UHGV virus genome: UHGV-0037395
Source: a virus
Length of the DNA: 64,000 nucleotides
Reading direction: 5' to 3' (one strand)
Part shown: positions 38,210 to 47,282 of the stretch, piece by piece
How the letters are laid out: each line of letters begins with the position of its first letter
Position numbering within the stretch: the first letter of the stretch is position 1
Made by a program: the position numbers and the translations under genes
Notes under the pieces: generated by a model
Databases searched by the model: none
What the model was told of the DNA's origin: nothing
The model's input: the letters and a program-made list of their open reading frames with translations, nothing else

Positions 38210-38655
38210 AGATTACCGAATTTAAAGGTACTTATAGTTTCTTATCTAACTTTTATTTATCACCAATTACTTTCGAATATCTAAACGAGATATGGCATGC
38301 TGATACTGTAGAACATGCTTTTCAGGCTATGAAATCCGACCAAAAAGATGATGTAGCTCATGTACTGCGCTCCCTAAATGCAGGAGTTGCCAAACGTAGA
38401 GGACGTAAATTAACTCTACGCTCTGACTGGGATAAGGTAAAAGATGATGTAATGCTAGAGCTTTTACGGTTAAAGTTTGCAATCCCTGATTTGAGAGACA
38501 AACTGTTAGCAACAAAAAATGCAACTTTGATCGAAGGAAATACCTGGGGAGATACATATTGGGGTGTTTGCCGAGGCATCGGGGACAATACTTTAGGTGT
38601 TCTTTTGATGCAGGTAAGGTCTGAAATTAAAAGAAGCTTACAGTTAATAAATTAA
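38206..38655 (+). CDS. NADAR-domain (YbiA/DUF1768-like) protein, putative ADP-ribose/N-glycoside hydrolase
   Basis: FLSNFY...F.EYxxxxWhs.EHAFQAMK...AKRRGR...W...KDDVM...LRLKF...LLAT....LIEGN.WGDTYWG matches the NADAR/YbiA family consensus along its whole length. Confidence 0.75.
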   Translation: MKITEFKGTYSFLSNFYLSPITFEYLNEIWHADTVEHAFQAMKSDQKDDVAHVLRSLNAGVAKRRGRKLTLRSDWDKVKDDVMLELLRLKFAIPDLRDKLLATKNATLIEGNTWGDTYWGVCRGIGDNTLGVLLMQVRSEIKRSLQLIN

Positions 38656-38663
38656 AAATTCAT

Positions 38664-38692
38664 TTGCTAAACGCTTCAAATTCTCGTATAAT
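38664..38692 (+). promoter_or_regulatory. early promoter (TTGCTA / 17 / TATAAT)
   Basis: catTTGCTAaacgcttcaaattctcgTATAAT. Confidence 0.75.
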
Positions 38693-38730
38693 ATACTTCA
38701 TAAATTGATAAACAAAAAGGAAAATAAATA

Positions 38731-39246
38731 ATGGCTAAGCAGAAAAACGCAAAAACTCAAGCAGCTCCGGCAGTTAAAACTTTCCCAAAGACTGAGGCTA
38801 ATCGCAAAGCTCGTCTGGAACGTCACCTGCGTAAGCATCCTACCGATGCTCAGGCTGCACAAGCACTGAATAACCCGGCTCCGATTCGTCAGAAGCCTAA
38901 AGCTAAAAATGCCACCCGTAAATCCTACAAAATGGTTATGTATGTAGAAAATTACGGCCACAAATCTGTCCCAGTTTCCCTGAGCTTCAACGCTGGGGCT
39001 GAATTGTTCCCTCGTAATGGTATGTCTATGAAAGACTATGAGAAGGCAGTTAACCAGAAGCGTAAACCAACAGCAGATGTATTGCGCGATACTCGTGGAC
39101 AGTTTGGTTCTGTTAAGCCAAATATCTTTGGCGTAGAGTATAGTAAAGATAATGTTCGTGCTCTGTGTTACGGCGTAGGCATTAAGTTCACGGGTGATTC
39201 CGCTCGTAAATCTGCTAAACCAGCTCGCAAACGTAAAGCGAAGTAA
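38731..39246 (+). CDS. highly basic hypothetical protein (possible nucleic-acid binding)
   Basis: 171 aa, K/R-rich termini, strong codon bias. Confidence 0.5.
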   Translation: MAKQKNAKTQAAPAVKTFPKTEANRKARLERHLRKHPTDAQAAQALNNPAPIRQKPKAKNATRKSYKMVMYVENYGHKSVPVSLSFNAGAELFPRNGMSMKDYEKAVNQKRKPTADVLRDTRGQFGSVKPNIFGVEYSKDNVRALCYGVGIKFTGDSARKSAKPARKRKAK

Positions 39247-39254
39247 TAGATAAA

Positions 39255-39285
39255 TAGGGGCAGAAGCCCCTACAATCTACTGATT
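39255..39285 (+). terminator. terminator
   Basis: aggggc agaa gcccct hairpin. Confidence 0.6.
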
Positions 39286-39309
39286 CTCTAACTAATCAAG
39301 GATATTTTT

Positions 39310-39525
39310 ATGTTCTCTAAGAAACCACGTTCTGTTACTGAAATCGTTGCTTCCTTTACCACTATCACTGATGAGCTTCAAGCTCGTATTGAGGCTGATC
39401 AAAAAATCGCTGCTGATATTCAGAAACAGCAGGAAGAACTCGCTTTAAAGTTGGCTGAAACCAACAAGAGTGAAAAATCTGCCCAAACTATTATGGAAAA
39501 TATTCTTAAACTGCTGGGCAAGTAA
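39310..39525 (+). CDS. hypothetical protein
   Basis: 71-aa ORF. Confidence 0.45.
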   Translation: MFSKKPRSVTEIVASFTTITDELQARIEADQKIAADIQKQQEELALKLAETNKSEKSAQTIMENILKLLGK

Positions 39526-39530
39526 TTTAA

Positions 39531-39562
39531 ATCAGGGGGCGAAAGCCCCTCTTATTTGGAGA
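39531..39562 (+). terminator. terminator
   Basis: cagggggc gaaa gcccctc plus TTATTT. Confidence 0.6.
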
Positions 39563-39566
39563 AACT

Positions 39567-39803
39567 ATGCGTAATTTTGTAGCAAAGAATGATTTTAACC
39601 GTGCTAGCACTCATAAGTCCGCTAGGGATTATACACGACTTTCTAGTCATGAGGTAATGGATACCTGTTATGAAGAGCTGGAAGGTAGCTGGAATGAATG
39701 GCCCGACTTCTCTATGGAAGAGAACTGGGATGTCAGTGAGGATATGCTTCCTGGTTTTAAAGACCCCAAGAAGTGGGAGTCTATTAAAGAGACAGCTCTT
39801 TAA
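39567..39803 (+). CDS. hypothetical protein
   Basis: 78-aa ORF. Confidence 0.45.
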   Translation: MRNFVAKNDFNRASTHKSARDYTRLSSHEVMDTCYEELEGSWNEWPDFSMEENWDVSEDMLPGFKDPKKWESIKETAL

Positions 39804-39831
39804 TAGTTTTCTACACAATAAAGGATAAGTT

Positions 39832-40533
39832 ATGAAAGTAAAACCATTTGGTATGCTAGATATTGAATCTCTAGGAACTCCAGGAGATTGTGGTACTACT
39901 CATATCGCAATGCCTTCATTCTCTTTTGTGGCTATGCATGGAATTGATAAAGACCCTGATCTAGTATTTGTTACTTTGGATGTGCAGGATCAGCTTAATT
40001 CTGGTGCCAAAGTTACAGCATCTACTCTAGCATTCTGGATGGATCAAGCTAAAAATAGCCCGTCTGCTATCCACATTATGGAAGCTATGAAGGAACGTAA
40101 TCCAAAACTGATTGCCTTCCAAAATGGTAAACATCATTGCACTAATAAATTAGGCTCAAACTATGCTGCCTTCTCTATGGCTCAAAATATTATGGAGTTG
40201 GCTCTAGGTGAAAATGCTTTGTATTACGGTAATGGCCCAGAGTTTGATATGACTATCTACTCTGCAAACACGTTCCATGCTGGAACCAATGAAGAGGTAG
40301 TTCCGTGGAAATTCTGGAATTTGGGCAATGTTCGATCTCTTCGTAATATCTGGATGCAAGCTGGATACAGTTATAAGGCTCTAGAGACCGAAGGTATTAG
40401 CTGGGCAATAGCTAAAATGGAGAAGATGGACACTATTCGTTATGGGATCTATCCGGTTAAGCATGATCCTGCATTTGATGCCTTAGTTGAAAGCTATTGT
40501 GTTGCAGCTATGATCGAAAAAATGAAAATTTGA
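39832..40533 (+). CDS. DEDDh-family 3'-5' exonuclease (DnaQ-like)
   Basis: Exo I MLDIESLG. Exo III HDPAFDAL with conserved His. Confidence 0.7.
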   Translation: MKVKPFGMLDIESLGTPGDCGTTHIAMPSFSFVAMHGIDKDPDLVFVTLDVQDQLNSGAKVTASTLAFWMDQAKNSPSAIHIMEAMKERNPKLIAFQNGKHHCTNKLGSNYAAFSMAQNIMELALGENALYYGNGPEFDMTIYSANTFHAGTNEEVVPWKFWNLGNVRSLRNIWMQAGYSYKALETEGISWAIAKMEKMDTIRYGIYPVKHDPAFDALVESYCVAAMIEKMKI

Positions 40534-40534
40534 T

Positions 40535-40563
40535 TTGCTTCCGGCCCCAAAATTCTGTATAAT
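40535..40563 (+). promoter_or_regulatory. early promoter (TTGCTT / 17 / TATAAT)
   Basis: gatTTGCTTccggccccaaaattctgTATAAT. Confidence 0.75.
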
Positions 40564-40603
40564 ATATTCATAAATTTGAGAAAACAATAAAAGGAAAACA
40601 TAT

Positions 40604-40786
40604 ATGCCAGTATCTAAAAATGTTCGTAAAAATGGTAAGAAAGCTACTCGTAATCTGGGTATCCGTCGTATGGCTGAACGTCAATCAGGTATCCAGAAAA
40701 TCTTTGATCTGCTAAATCGTGCTAATCCTAAAATTGATAACAGTAATGATACTGTTCTACGCACTCTGCTGGCAATTGGTCTGTAA
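40604..40786 (+). CDS. hypothetical basic protein
   Basis: 60-aa ORF. Confidence 0.4.
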   Translation: MPVSKNVRKNGKKATRNLGIRRMAERQSGIQKIFDLLNRANPKIDNSNDTVLRTLLAIGL

Positions 40787-40839
40787 TAGGCCAACTTTAA
40801 ACAAATTCAAATCTCAAACTTCATATAAGGAAGCAAATA

Positions 40840-41478
40840 ATGACTACTCGTATTTCTAAAACTCGCGCTCTGGCAACTATCAAATCTCTGGAAGCTAAAA
40901 TCCGTAAAGCTACTGAACAGCAGCTTCTGATCGCTGTTGGTGAAGGTAAGGATAAAAACCAAGTTGTAGTTGGCGCTGCAATCGAAGTAGCTGATCTGTC
41001 TACTCGTATTAAGACTGATTTCCAGTCTCTGCTGGATATGATGTCCCAGCGTGATCGTATCAAAGCTGCTCTGATTAAAAGCAATGCGGAAACAATCGTT
41101 GAGATTGGCCCTCGTAAGATGACTGTTGCGGAAGCAATTGAAGCTAAGCGTTCTATGGAACTTAAAGCCCAACTGCTGGCTAACATGCGTAAGCAGTTCC
41201 ATGCCGCTACGGTTAAGTTTAATACGCAGAAAGCACAGTTTGATGCTAAATATGAGCGTTTGCAGGATAGCATGGCTACCCGCGATAAGAAAACTTCCGA
41301 AGATGAAGTTAAAATGCAGCTCAACCTGCTGGAACTCAAGAATACTCCATTCTTGATTGATCCGCTGGAACTGGAAAAGCTGATTAAGCAGCATGACGAG
41401 GAATATCAGGACTTTGCAACAAATGTTGACTTTGTTCTGTCCGAGTCTAACGCCTCTACCTTCATTGAAGTAGAGTAA
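40840..41478 (+). CDS. hypothetical protein, highly expressed-type codon usage
   Basis: 212-aa ORF with AAGGAAG SD. The two long antisense ORFs over it are judged spurious. Confidence 0.55.
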   Translation: MTTRISKTRALATIKSLEAKIRKATEQQLLIAVGEGKDKNQVVVGAAIEVADLSTRIKTDFQSLLDMMSQRDRIKAALIKSNAETIVEIGPRKMTVAEAIEAKRSMELKAQLLANMRKQFHAATVKFNTQKAQFDAKYERLQDSMATRDKKTSEDEVKMQLNLLELKNTPFLIDPLELEKLIKQHDEEYQDFATNVDFVLSESNASTFIEVE

Positions 41479-41861
41479 TAATTTAAAAGCTAGTAAATCG
41501 GTAGACGAAAGCCCAAGCATCTTACCTCGCAGCAGCGGTTGAAATACGAGGTTAAATAAGACCGCTGACCATACTATAAAGTATAATCTATTGGAGATTA
41601 TGTTTATTACACCAGCCTTTTAAGCTGACACGTAAGAACAAAGCGTCGTTGATATTACCGACACAACTTCAAAGATCAACATTTAAGTATGAAAGCTGAA
41701 AAGTTTAAAGAACTCAAACTTCTAAACTTCTAAAGCTAAAAGATGCAAAGTATTCGTTGATGATTCAAATCCTAGATCAAAGGTACATGGCTCATAAGAT
41801 ATGGCCAGTGGCGCCTCTAGGCTGTTTATCGGTTTACTAGTTTCACAATTTAAAAATGTAT

Positions 41862-41890
41862 TTGCTAATTTACTAAGTTATCTGTATAAT
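41862..41890 (+). promoter_or_regulatory. early promoter (TTGCTA / 17 / TATAAT)
   Basis: tatTTGCTAatttactaagttatctgTATAAT. Confidence 0.75.
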
Positions 41891-41920
41891 ATATTTTTAA
41901 ATTGATGAAACGAGGCTATT

Positions 41921-42238
41921 ATGACTTTTCATATTTTGATTGATGATGTGCGCAATCTTCACGGAATGGACATTATCATTCGAACCCCAGAAGCCGCTGT
42001 AGAGTTTCTGAATAAAACTGATACCACAGGCCACTTCGTTTATATGGATAATGACTTGGCTGTAGATGGTATGGAAGGTTATCAAATTCTTCGTTTACTC
42101 TTAGAATTTGGGCAGAGACCAAAGAAAGTGGTACTAGTAACCTCGAACCCAGTAGCTAAGCAAAATATGCGTAATGATTTGCTTGACTTAGGGTATAAAG
42201 AAAATCCCAATCGTGTTGAATATGATTGGCAGGAGTAA
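41921..42238 (+). CDS. hypothetical protein
   Basis: 105-aa ORF. Confidence 0.5.
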   Translation: MTFHILIDDVRNLHGMDIIIRTPEAAVEFLNKTDTTGHFVYMDNDLAVDGMEGYQILRLLLEFGQRPKKVVLVTSNPVAKQNMRNDLLDLGYKENPNRVEYDWQE

Positions 42239-42243
42239 AAAGA

Positions 42244-42693
42244 ATGAAGGCAGCTTTGCTTTTAGTAGCTGCCCTTACCTTCAGCTTTAGTAGTCAGGCA
42301 TCGCACGATGCAAAAGAAATAGATTGCATTGCTAAAAATATCTATTTCGAAAGTCGTGGTGAGGGCATAAAGGGAATGACGGCGATTGCACATGTTACTA
42401 AAAACCGTGTAAACTCCGGTAAATTCCCAGATTCCTACTGTAAAGTAGTATATCAGTCTAACCAGTTCTCTTGGGTATCTAAGAGACCAAAAGTTGATAA
42501 AACTGATGAGGCTTGGCAAACCGCTAAGAATTTAGCTAGAGTGATATACTACGTTGATTTACCACAAGATCCTACACATGGAGCACTATACTTCCATAGT
42601 GGTAAAGATAAACCTTACTGGACAAAGAAATTTAAGAAAACAACTAAGATTAAGGGACATACATTCTATAAACCTGTTGTCACTAAAACTTAA
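42244..42693 (+). CDS. secreted SleB-like cell-wall hydrolase (Hydrolase_2 family)
   Basis: Signal peptide, then AIAHVTKNRV..GKFP.SYC.VV.Q.NQFSW motif block typical of SleB/CwlJ-type hydrolases. Confidence 0.7.
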   Translation: MKAALLLVAALTFSFSSQASHDAKEIDCIAKNIYFESRGEGIKGMTAIAHVTKNRVNSGKFPDSYCKVVYQSNQFSWVSKRPKVDKTDEAWQTAKNLARVIYYVDLPQDPTHGALYFHSGKDKPYWTKKFKKTTKIKGHTFYKPVVTKT

Positions 42694-42701
42694 AAATTTA
42701 C

Positions 42702-42730
42702 TTGCTTAAATACTTAAATTTCCGTATAAT
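42702..42730 (+). promoter_or_regulatory. early promoter (TTGCTT / 17 / TATAAT)
   Basis: tacTTGCTTaaatacttaaatttccgTATAAT. Confidence 0.75.
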
Positions 42731-42761
42731 ACTTCCATAAATTAATGAGAGGAAGCGAAAT

Positions 42762-42932
42762 ATGAAATCAGTTGTAATTATTGGTGTTAACACTCGCGGT
42801 ATTCGTACTACGAAAACTGTTAAAACTTCTAACGTTGCTGAGATCACTACGAACCCTAAAAAGTTTGATTTCGCCAAAGTCTCAGCAGTTATGACAGAAC
42901 AATCTTTTAACCAGGCGTTAGGAATGAAATAA
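42762..42932 (+). CDS. small hypothetical protein (56 aa)
   Basis: Below the ORF-track cutoff, but preceded by the promoter and GAGGAAG SD. Stop overlaps the next start (TAATG). Confidence 0.35.
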   Translation: MKSVVIIGVNTRGIRTTKTVKTSNVAEITTNPKKFDFAKVSAVMTEQSFNQALGMK

Positions 42933-43375
42933 TGGAAGAGAATATTTTAGATGTTTTGCGTAGAGCTTTGCAGGATTCTAAGTTTAATGGTTCTGATAAA
43001 GAAATAGCTAAAAGCTATCAGACCATAATCGGGGATCTTCAGCGTATTGATAAAGATTTCATCACTTCTGAACAATTTGTGTCTTATCTCAAAGCTCAAC
43101 TAAAAAGCATTAACCAGATGAAAGCTAAACTTCATGGTCAAGATCTTGATAGTTATAGCTTGCAGTCTGCTCAGTATGAATACATTCTAAATAAGTGGTT
43201 GCAGGAGTATCTGCCTCCCCAGTTATCTGATACTGAGATTCGTAAATACTTTGCAGAATTAGTTAAGCTAAACCCTGGAATTACAAAAGGTACGCTGATG
43301 AAAGCGATTAAGGAAGAATTTCCTGGGCGTTATGATGGTGGTACTGCTGCTCAGATTGCTGGCGAATTTAATTAA
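42932..43375 (+). CDS. hypothetical protein
   Basis: 147-aa ORF. Confidence 0.5.
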   Translation: MEENILDVLRRALQDSKFNGSDKEIAKSYQTIIGDLQRIDKDFITSEQFVSYLKAQLKSINQMKAKLHGQDLDSYSLQSAQYEYILNKWLQEYLPPQLSDTEIRKYFAELVKLNPGITKGTLMKAIKEEFPGRYDGGTAAQIAGEFN

Positions 43376-43383
43376 AAATTTAT

Positions 43384-43412
43384 TTGCTAAATGCTTATAA
43401 ATTCTGTATAAT
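43384..43412 (+). promoter_or_regulatory. early promoter (TTGCTA / 17 / TATAAT) heading the non-coding RNA-rich stretch
   Basis: tatTTGCTAaatgcttataaattctgTATAAT. Confidence 0.75.
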
Positions 43413-43635
43413 ATATTCATAAATTAGGGAACAGCGAGCCGATTACGCTGAGTGCAGAATCCCAACCGGAGCGCATTGAATAGAGTCGGTGGGTTAGTTG
43501 TAAAACTAGTACACAGGGGGCGGCAATCCCGGTTAGTGGCTAGAACGTGTAAAATGAGGCGTCTGAAACCTCTCCCCTAAATTCTTCTCTAATTTATAAA
43601 TAGTGGGGTGTGGAAATCACTTATGTAGTAACACT

Positions 43636-43707
43636 GCCGTCCTAGTATAATTGGTATTATCAAGCCGTAACTGGTGGAAGATGTAGGTTCGAATCCTACG
43701 GTCGGTA
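43636..43707 (+). ncRNA. degenerate tRNA-like element (good T-arm and acceptor, weak D and anticodon arms)
   Basis: GTAGG TTCGAAT CCTAC T-arm. 7-bp acceptor with one U-U pair. No encoded CCA. Confidence 0.35.
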
Positions 43708-44209
43708 AGAACTGGATAACTGATGCTTTTAACGTAAAAGCTTCCGAGGTTAGTTGCGCACTGCCTAAACCACGCGGTAGTTGGTTCCAGACTAACCAAC
43801 CAGTCTGCTGAATAGTTTTATTACGATTTAACTATGTCCAGGCTAAAGAAGAACTTTAGAAGGTATTCTAGGATAGTGAAGTTCTTTCTCCATATCGGAG
43901 TAGTTTTTCAAGCTATCCACAAAGTGGGAAATGCTGACATGAGAGATGTCACTAATGGTGCACAATAGCACAGGTAATTCGCGATAATTCCTGTTGAGTA
44001 GCAGCAAAAGGCGGGAAGTCATGACCCCAAGCCTAACCGAGTCCTCAATATACCGCAGGACATAACCACTAAGTCACCCTGACTTAAACTGGAAAATAAT
44101 AGACGTTACTGTATTTTGTCTTGAAATACTTAATGAGTGAGACTTATGACTCTCCCGGTATCGTCTGTATTTTTAAGAGTTTTTACGAGAGTTCTTAAAA
44201 ATACTTAAA

Positions 44210-44284
44210 CGGGGTGTAGTCTAAGGGAGAGGCAGGAGTCTTCTAAATTCCTTTATGCAGGTTCGAATCCTGTCACCTCGGCCA
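44210..44284 (+). tRNA. tRNA-Arg (anticodon TCT)
   Basis: Hand-folded cloverleaf: 7-bp acceptor, anticodon stem GGAGT/ATTCC, loop CTTCTAA, TTCGAAT T-loop, encoded CCA. Confidence 0.75.
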
Positions 44285-44318
44285 ATTTTATTAACTGTAA
44301 CTAAAACAAAGGAAATAT

Positions 44319-45266
44319 ATGTTTAATACTAAAAATATGAAAGAACTGACTTCTGAGCAGAAAGTAATTCGTACTATTAAACGTTGGGGGATTGGTGCTG
44401 TAGTTGGTTTAGCAGGTTTAATCCTAGCTTTTAATTCATATACTATTGTTTCTGATGGTACGGTTAAAACTCAAACATTCCTGGGTAAAGTAGACCCTAA
44501 TCCAGTATTGCCCGGTTTCCATCTTGTAAACCCATTTGCATCTTTCGATACTTTTAGTACAAAAGATATTGCTGTAAAATTAGATAAACTTCAGGTTCCT
44601 AGTCAGGATAAGTTTAAATCCACTGTTGACCTGACCGTTATGTTGCAGTTTGATGGTTCTAAGGCACCAATTAACCGTATTAATGCAGGTACTCAGGATC
44701 AAGCGTTAGACAAATATGTAACTGAAAAATTACTGTCTACTATTCGTGAGTTTGGTAAGTCTGTACCTAAAGCACAAGATTTGTTTGATGCTAAAATTCA
44801 GGCTCAATTGCAAACTGCAATTCAACAGGAAGTTGAAGAGTATGCACGCCCATATGGTTACACAGTTAAGCAGGTGTTCCTTCAGGATATTACTTTGCCA
44901 CCAGTAATCATGGAACAGGTACAGAATACCAAAGTTCGTGAAGAGCAAGTTAACGCTGCAAAAGCTGAATTAGCTCGTGTTGAACAGGAAGCACAGCAAA
45001 AAGTTAAACAAGCAGAAGCAGATCGTGAAGCTCGCAACAACCAAGCTATTGCTAACGAACGTGACGCAGATGCTAAGCTGTATGCAGCTAAGAAAGAAGC
45101 TGAAGCTAACGCCGCACTGCAACGTACCATTACTCCTGAGATGATTCGCTGGAAGCAACTGGAAGTTGAAATGATTCGTGCTCAGAAGTATCAAGGTGGT
45201 GTACCGCAGACTGTGGTTGGCACTGGCTATGATGGCCAAATGATTATGGATATGCGTAACAAGTAA
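44319..45266 (+). CDS. SPFH/band-7 (prohibitin/HflC-like) membrane protein
   Basis: N-terminal TM segment, SPFH core, long Ala/Glu/Gln-rich coiled-coil C-terminus. Confidence 0.8.
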   Translation: MFNTKNMKELTSEQKVIRTIKRWGIGAVVGLAGLILAFNSYTIVSDGTVKTQTFLGKVDPNPVLPGFHLVNPFASFDTFSTKDIAVKLDKLQVPSQDKFKSTVDLTVMLQFDGSKAPINRINAGTQDQALDKYVTEKLLSTIREFGKSVPKAQDLFDAKIQAQLQTAIQQEVEEYARPYGYTVKQVFLQDITLPPVIMEQVQNTKVREEQVNAAKAELARVEQEAQQKVKQAEADREARNNQAIANERDADAKLYAAKKEAEANAALQRTITPEMIRWKQLEVEMIRAQKYQGGVPQTVVGTGYDGQMIMDMRNK

Positions 45267-45283
45267 TAGTTACACGTAATCTT

Positions 45284-45322
45284 CGAACCAAGCCCGCGTT
45301 TTCTCCGAGAGCGCGGGCTTTT
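45284..45322 (+). terminator. terminator after the SPFH gene
   Basis: agcccgcg ttttctccgaga gcgcgggct plus TTTTCT. Confidence 0.7.
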
Positions 45323-45342
45323 CTGTATTTAAGGAAAAAGAA

Positions 45343-45385
45343 AAAGCCCCTGCCGAAAGGTAAGGGGCTTTTGTTTTTGGTTTAG
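45343..45385. terminator. bidirectional terminator between convergent transcripts
   Basis: aaaaagcccctgccgaaaggtaaggggcttttgtttttgg, A/T runs on both sides. Confidence 0.7.
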
Positions 45386-45585
45386 AACCATATACTCTTG
45401 TTACAGCAACCACCCATACGGGAGGCCAATCTTGACTGAAAATCTACTCTAGGGGGCAGGATAAGAGTAGGCTTAAAGGCAAACGGATTGAACGCCGGTA
45501 TTTGCGTAAACATTGCTGGAGAGCAACAACGTGCTACAGGCATTGGGCAGCACGAAACAGATTTTCTGCAACACATAATTCCTCC

Positions 45586-46002
45586 TTAGGAGTTATTACC
45601 ACTATTTTGAGCTTTTGCAATTTGGCTTTGGCAGAAGCTATTAAACTTACCCATAAGTGATACGAGCTGTTTCCCATCCTCTGTCTTTGCGAAGTCTTCG
45701 AAAAGGGCTAGTACTGCCTGTCCTTCCGCAGAAACCTGCGGTTGTTGGGTTTGTTGCTGAACTTGCTGCTGCGGCATCTGTTGCTGCATTTGTTGAGGCA
45801 TTTGCGACTGCCCGCTTATTTGCTGCATCATTTGCATAGGACTCACACTTCCAGGGTTTTGCTGGAGTTGTTGCTGCATCTGTTGCGCTTCTGCTAAACG
45901 CTGTTGCAACTGTTGTAAGTAGGGGTTATCCAGACCCGGAATGGGCTGCTGGGAGCCCATACTTTGATTAAGTCCGTTATTTACAAAACCATATTTACTC
46001 AT
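45586..46002 (-). CDS. Gln-rich hypothetical protein (minus-strand island)
   Basis: 138 aa. Low-complexity Q/M/P repeats flanked by ordered N- and C-termini. Confidence 0.45.
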   Translation of the reverse strand: MSKYGFVNNGLNQSMGSQQPIPGLDNPYLQQLQQRLAEAQQMQQQLQQNPGSVSPMQMMQQISGQSQMPQQMQQQMPQQQVQQQTQQPQVSAEGQAVLALFEDFAKTEDGKQLVSLMGKFNSFCQSQIAKAQNSGNNS

Positions 46003-46023
46003 AATGGGCTCCTCCCCTTAATA

Positions 46024-47016
46024 TTAAGCCGGCAGTTTAGCCTGCAGACCAGCCAGAGTCTGAGTGATAGCACCAAGACTTAAAGCGATTTGATTAATTA
46101 CCTGACCGTTAGCACCGCTACCCGCAGCGATTGCTTCACGTAGGCGACATGCATCTAACTCATCCTGGATACGCGCAGTAGTTACACCAGCGATCGCAGT
46201 CTGAAGTTCACAGCAACATTCAGCGATCTGACGTTCCAGAGAGTTCTGGTTAGCACACATCTGAGCCTGAACAGCGGCAAACTGGTTATTAGTTTGTAAA
46301 GTCTGCTGGAAAGCGATCTGTGCAGAATCAAACTTATCTTGTGCACGAGCTATCTGGTTAGCTGCGAAAGATTGATCAATCTGGCGAGAAAGATCGAACT
46401 GACCCTGAATAACGTTGCGGGTTTCCTGGCAGATCTGATTAGACAGATTAGCACCTGTACCATAGATCGTAGTTAGTACAGACTGAGTATCACGACTCTG
46501 GTTTTGGGATGTCTGGCTAAAACCATTGTTAACTGCGCTTAAAACAGCTCCAGTACCCTGGTTAGCTTCTGTACGGGTAGTGTTGATAGCTGCTAGAATA
46601 CTAGCGGTATCTTGGTTCTGAAGTACTGCATCAACTGCGGTACCTTCACCAACTACACCACGTCCACCGAATCCACCGAAACCACCGAATCCGCCTGTTA
46701 ATAGAGCACCGATTAGGATAGCTCCGAATAGCCCCATACCTTCACCACCGAAAGCACCTACGTTTGCTGGGTAACCACCTAGTAGGCCAGGGAAGCCATT
46801 AGTAAATACGTTTACTGGTTCTTGCATTTTATGTTTTCCATATTTATGACAATGTTCATCATCGTCATCTTCATCGTCTTCATCATCGTGTTCACGATGT
46901 TTTTCTTCGTAGGCTCTGACCTTCTCCCACTTTTTCTTATCTGATTCCTCGTGACGGTGCAGTTCTGCCGCAACGCTAGAGACGGTCTCAGGACTCTTAG
47001 CTACTTCTTCTGTCAT
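46024..47016 (-). CDS. hypothetical protein with acidic DE-rich block, glycine-zipper membrane segment and Q/N/A/T-rich C-terminal half
   Basis: Start at MTEEVAK with AGGAGGTG SD. GLFGAILIGALLTGGFGGFGGFGG segment. Confidence 0.5.
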   Translation of the reverse strand: MTEEVAKSPETVSSVAAELHRHEESDKKKWEKVRAYEEKHREHDDEDDEDDDDEHCHKYGKHKMQEPVNVFTNGFPGLLGGYPANVGAFGGEGMGLFGAILIGALLTGGFGGFGGFGGRGVVGEGTAVDAVLQNQDTASILAAINTTRTEANQGTGAVLSAVNNGFSQTSQNQSRDTQSVLTTIYGTGANLSNQICQETRNVIQGQFDLSRQIDQSFAANQIARAQDKFDSAQIAFQQTLQTNNQFAAVQAQMCANQNSLERQIAECCCELQTAIAGVTTARIQDELDACRLREAIAAGSGANGQVINQIALSLGAITQTLAGLQAKLPA

Positions 47017-47078
47017 TTTTTGACACCTCCTAGTATATAGAAAATATGTGTCTCTTTGATCACTCATCCATAACATAT

Positions 47079-47107
47079 ACTTTACACTACCCCAGCGAAA
47101 ATGTCAA
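47079..47107 (-). promoter_or_regulatory. promoter for the minus-strand island (TTGACA / 17 / TAAAGT)
   Basis: Reverse complement ccacTTGACAttttcgctggggtagtgTAAAGTatatg. Confidence 0.5.
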
Positions 47108-47222
47108 GTGGTCTTTAAAAATTGCCCCCGGATTTTTAGTGGGGTCACAAATTTTGGTCCTCACCACTTATCTGCTACCCTTAAGCGCCCTATGATTTTC
47201 CTCTAAAAAGTTAAAAAATTTG

Positions 47223-47251
47223 ATTGCTTGAATGCTAAATTCTCTGTATAA
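47223..47251 (+). promoter_or_regulatory. early promoter (TTGCTT / 17 / TATAAT)
   Basis: gaTTGCTTgaatgctaaattctctgTATAAT. Confidence 0.75.
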
Positions 47252-47282
47252 TATATCTATAAATTTGAGAGAGGAACCAAAT

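Noticed and set aside
40807-41520. Two long minus-strand ORFs (237 and 172 aa) antisense to the 212-aa plus-strand gene.
   Set aside because: They have no promoter or RBS, are Ser/Leu/Arg-rich as expected for antisense of a biased gene, and would be the only minus-strand genes in a 15-kb plus-strand block. The plus-strand gene has an SD and sits behind an early promoter.
44882-45239. Minus-strand ORFs inside the SPFH gene.
   Set aside because: Antisense to the Ala/Glu/Gln-rich coiled-coil tail, giving a low-complexity Ser/Ala/Cys translation.
45586-46002. Gln-rich ORF considered as a non-coding low-complexity artefact.
   Set aside because: It is kept as a CDS because it has ordered N- and C-terminal segments, sits in an operon with the next gene behind a recognisable promoter, and ends at a terminator.
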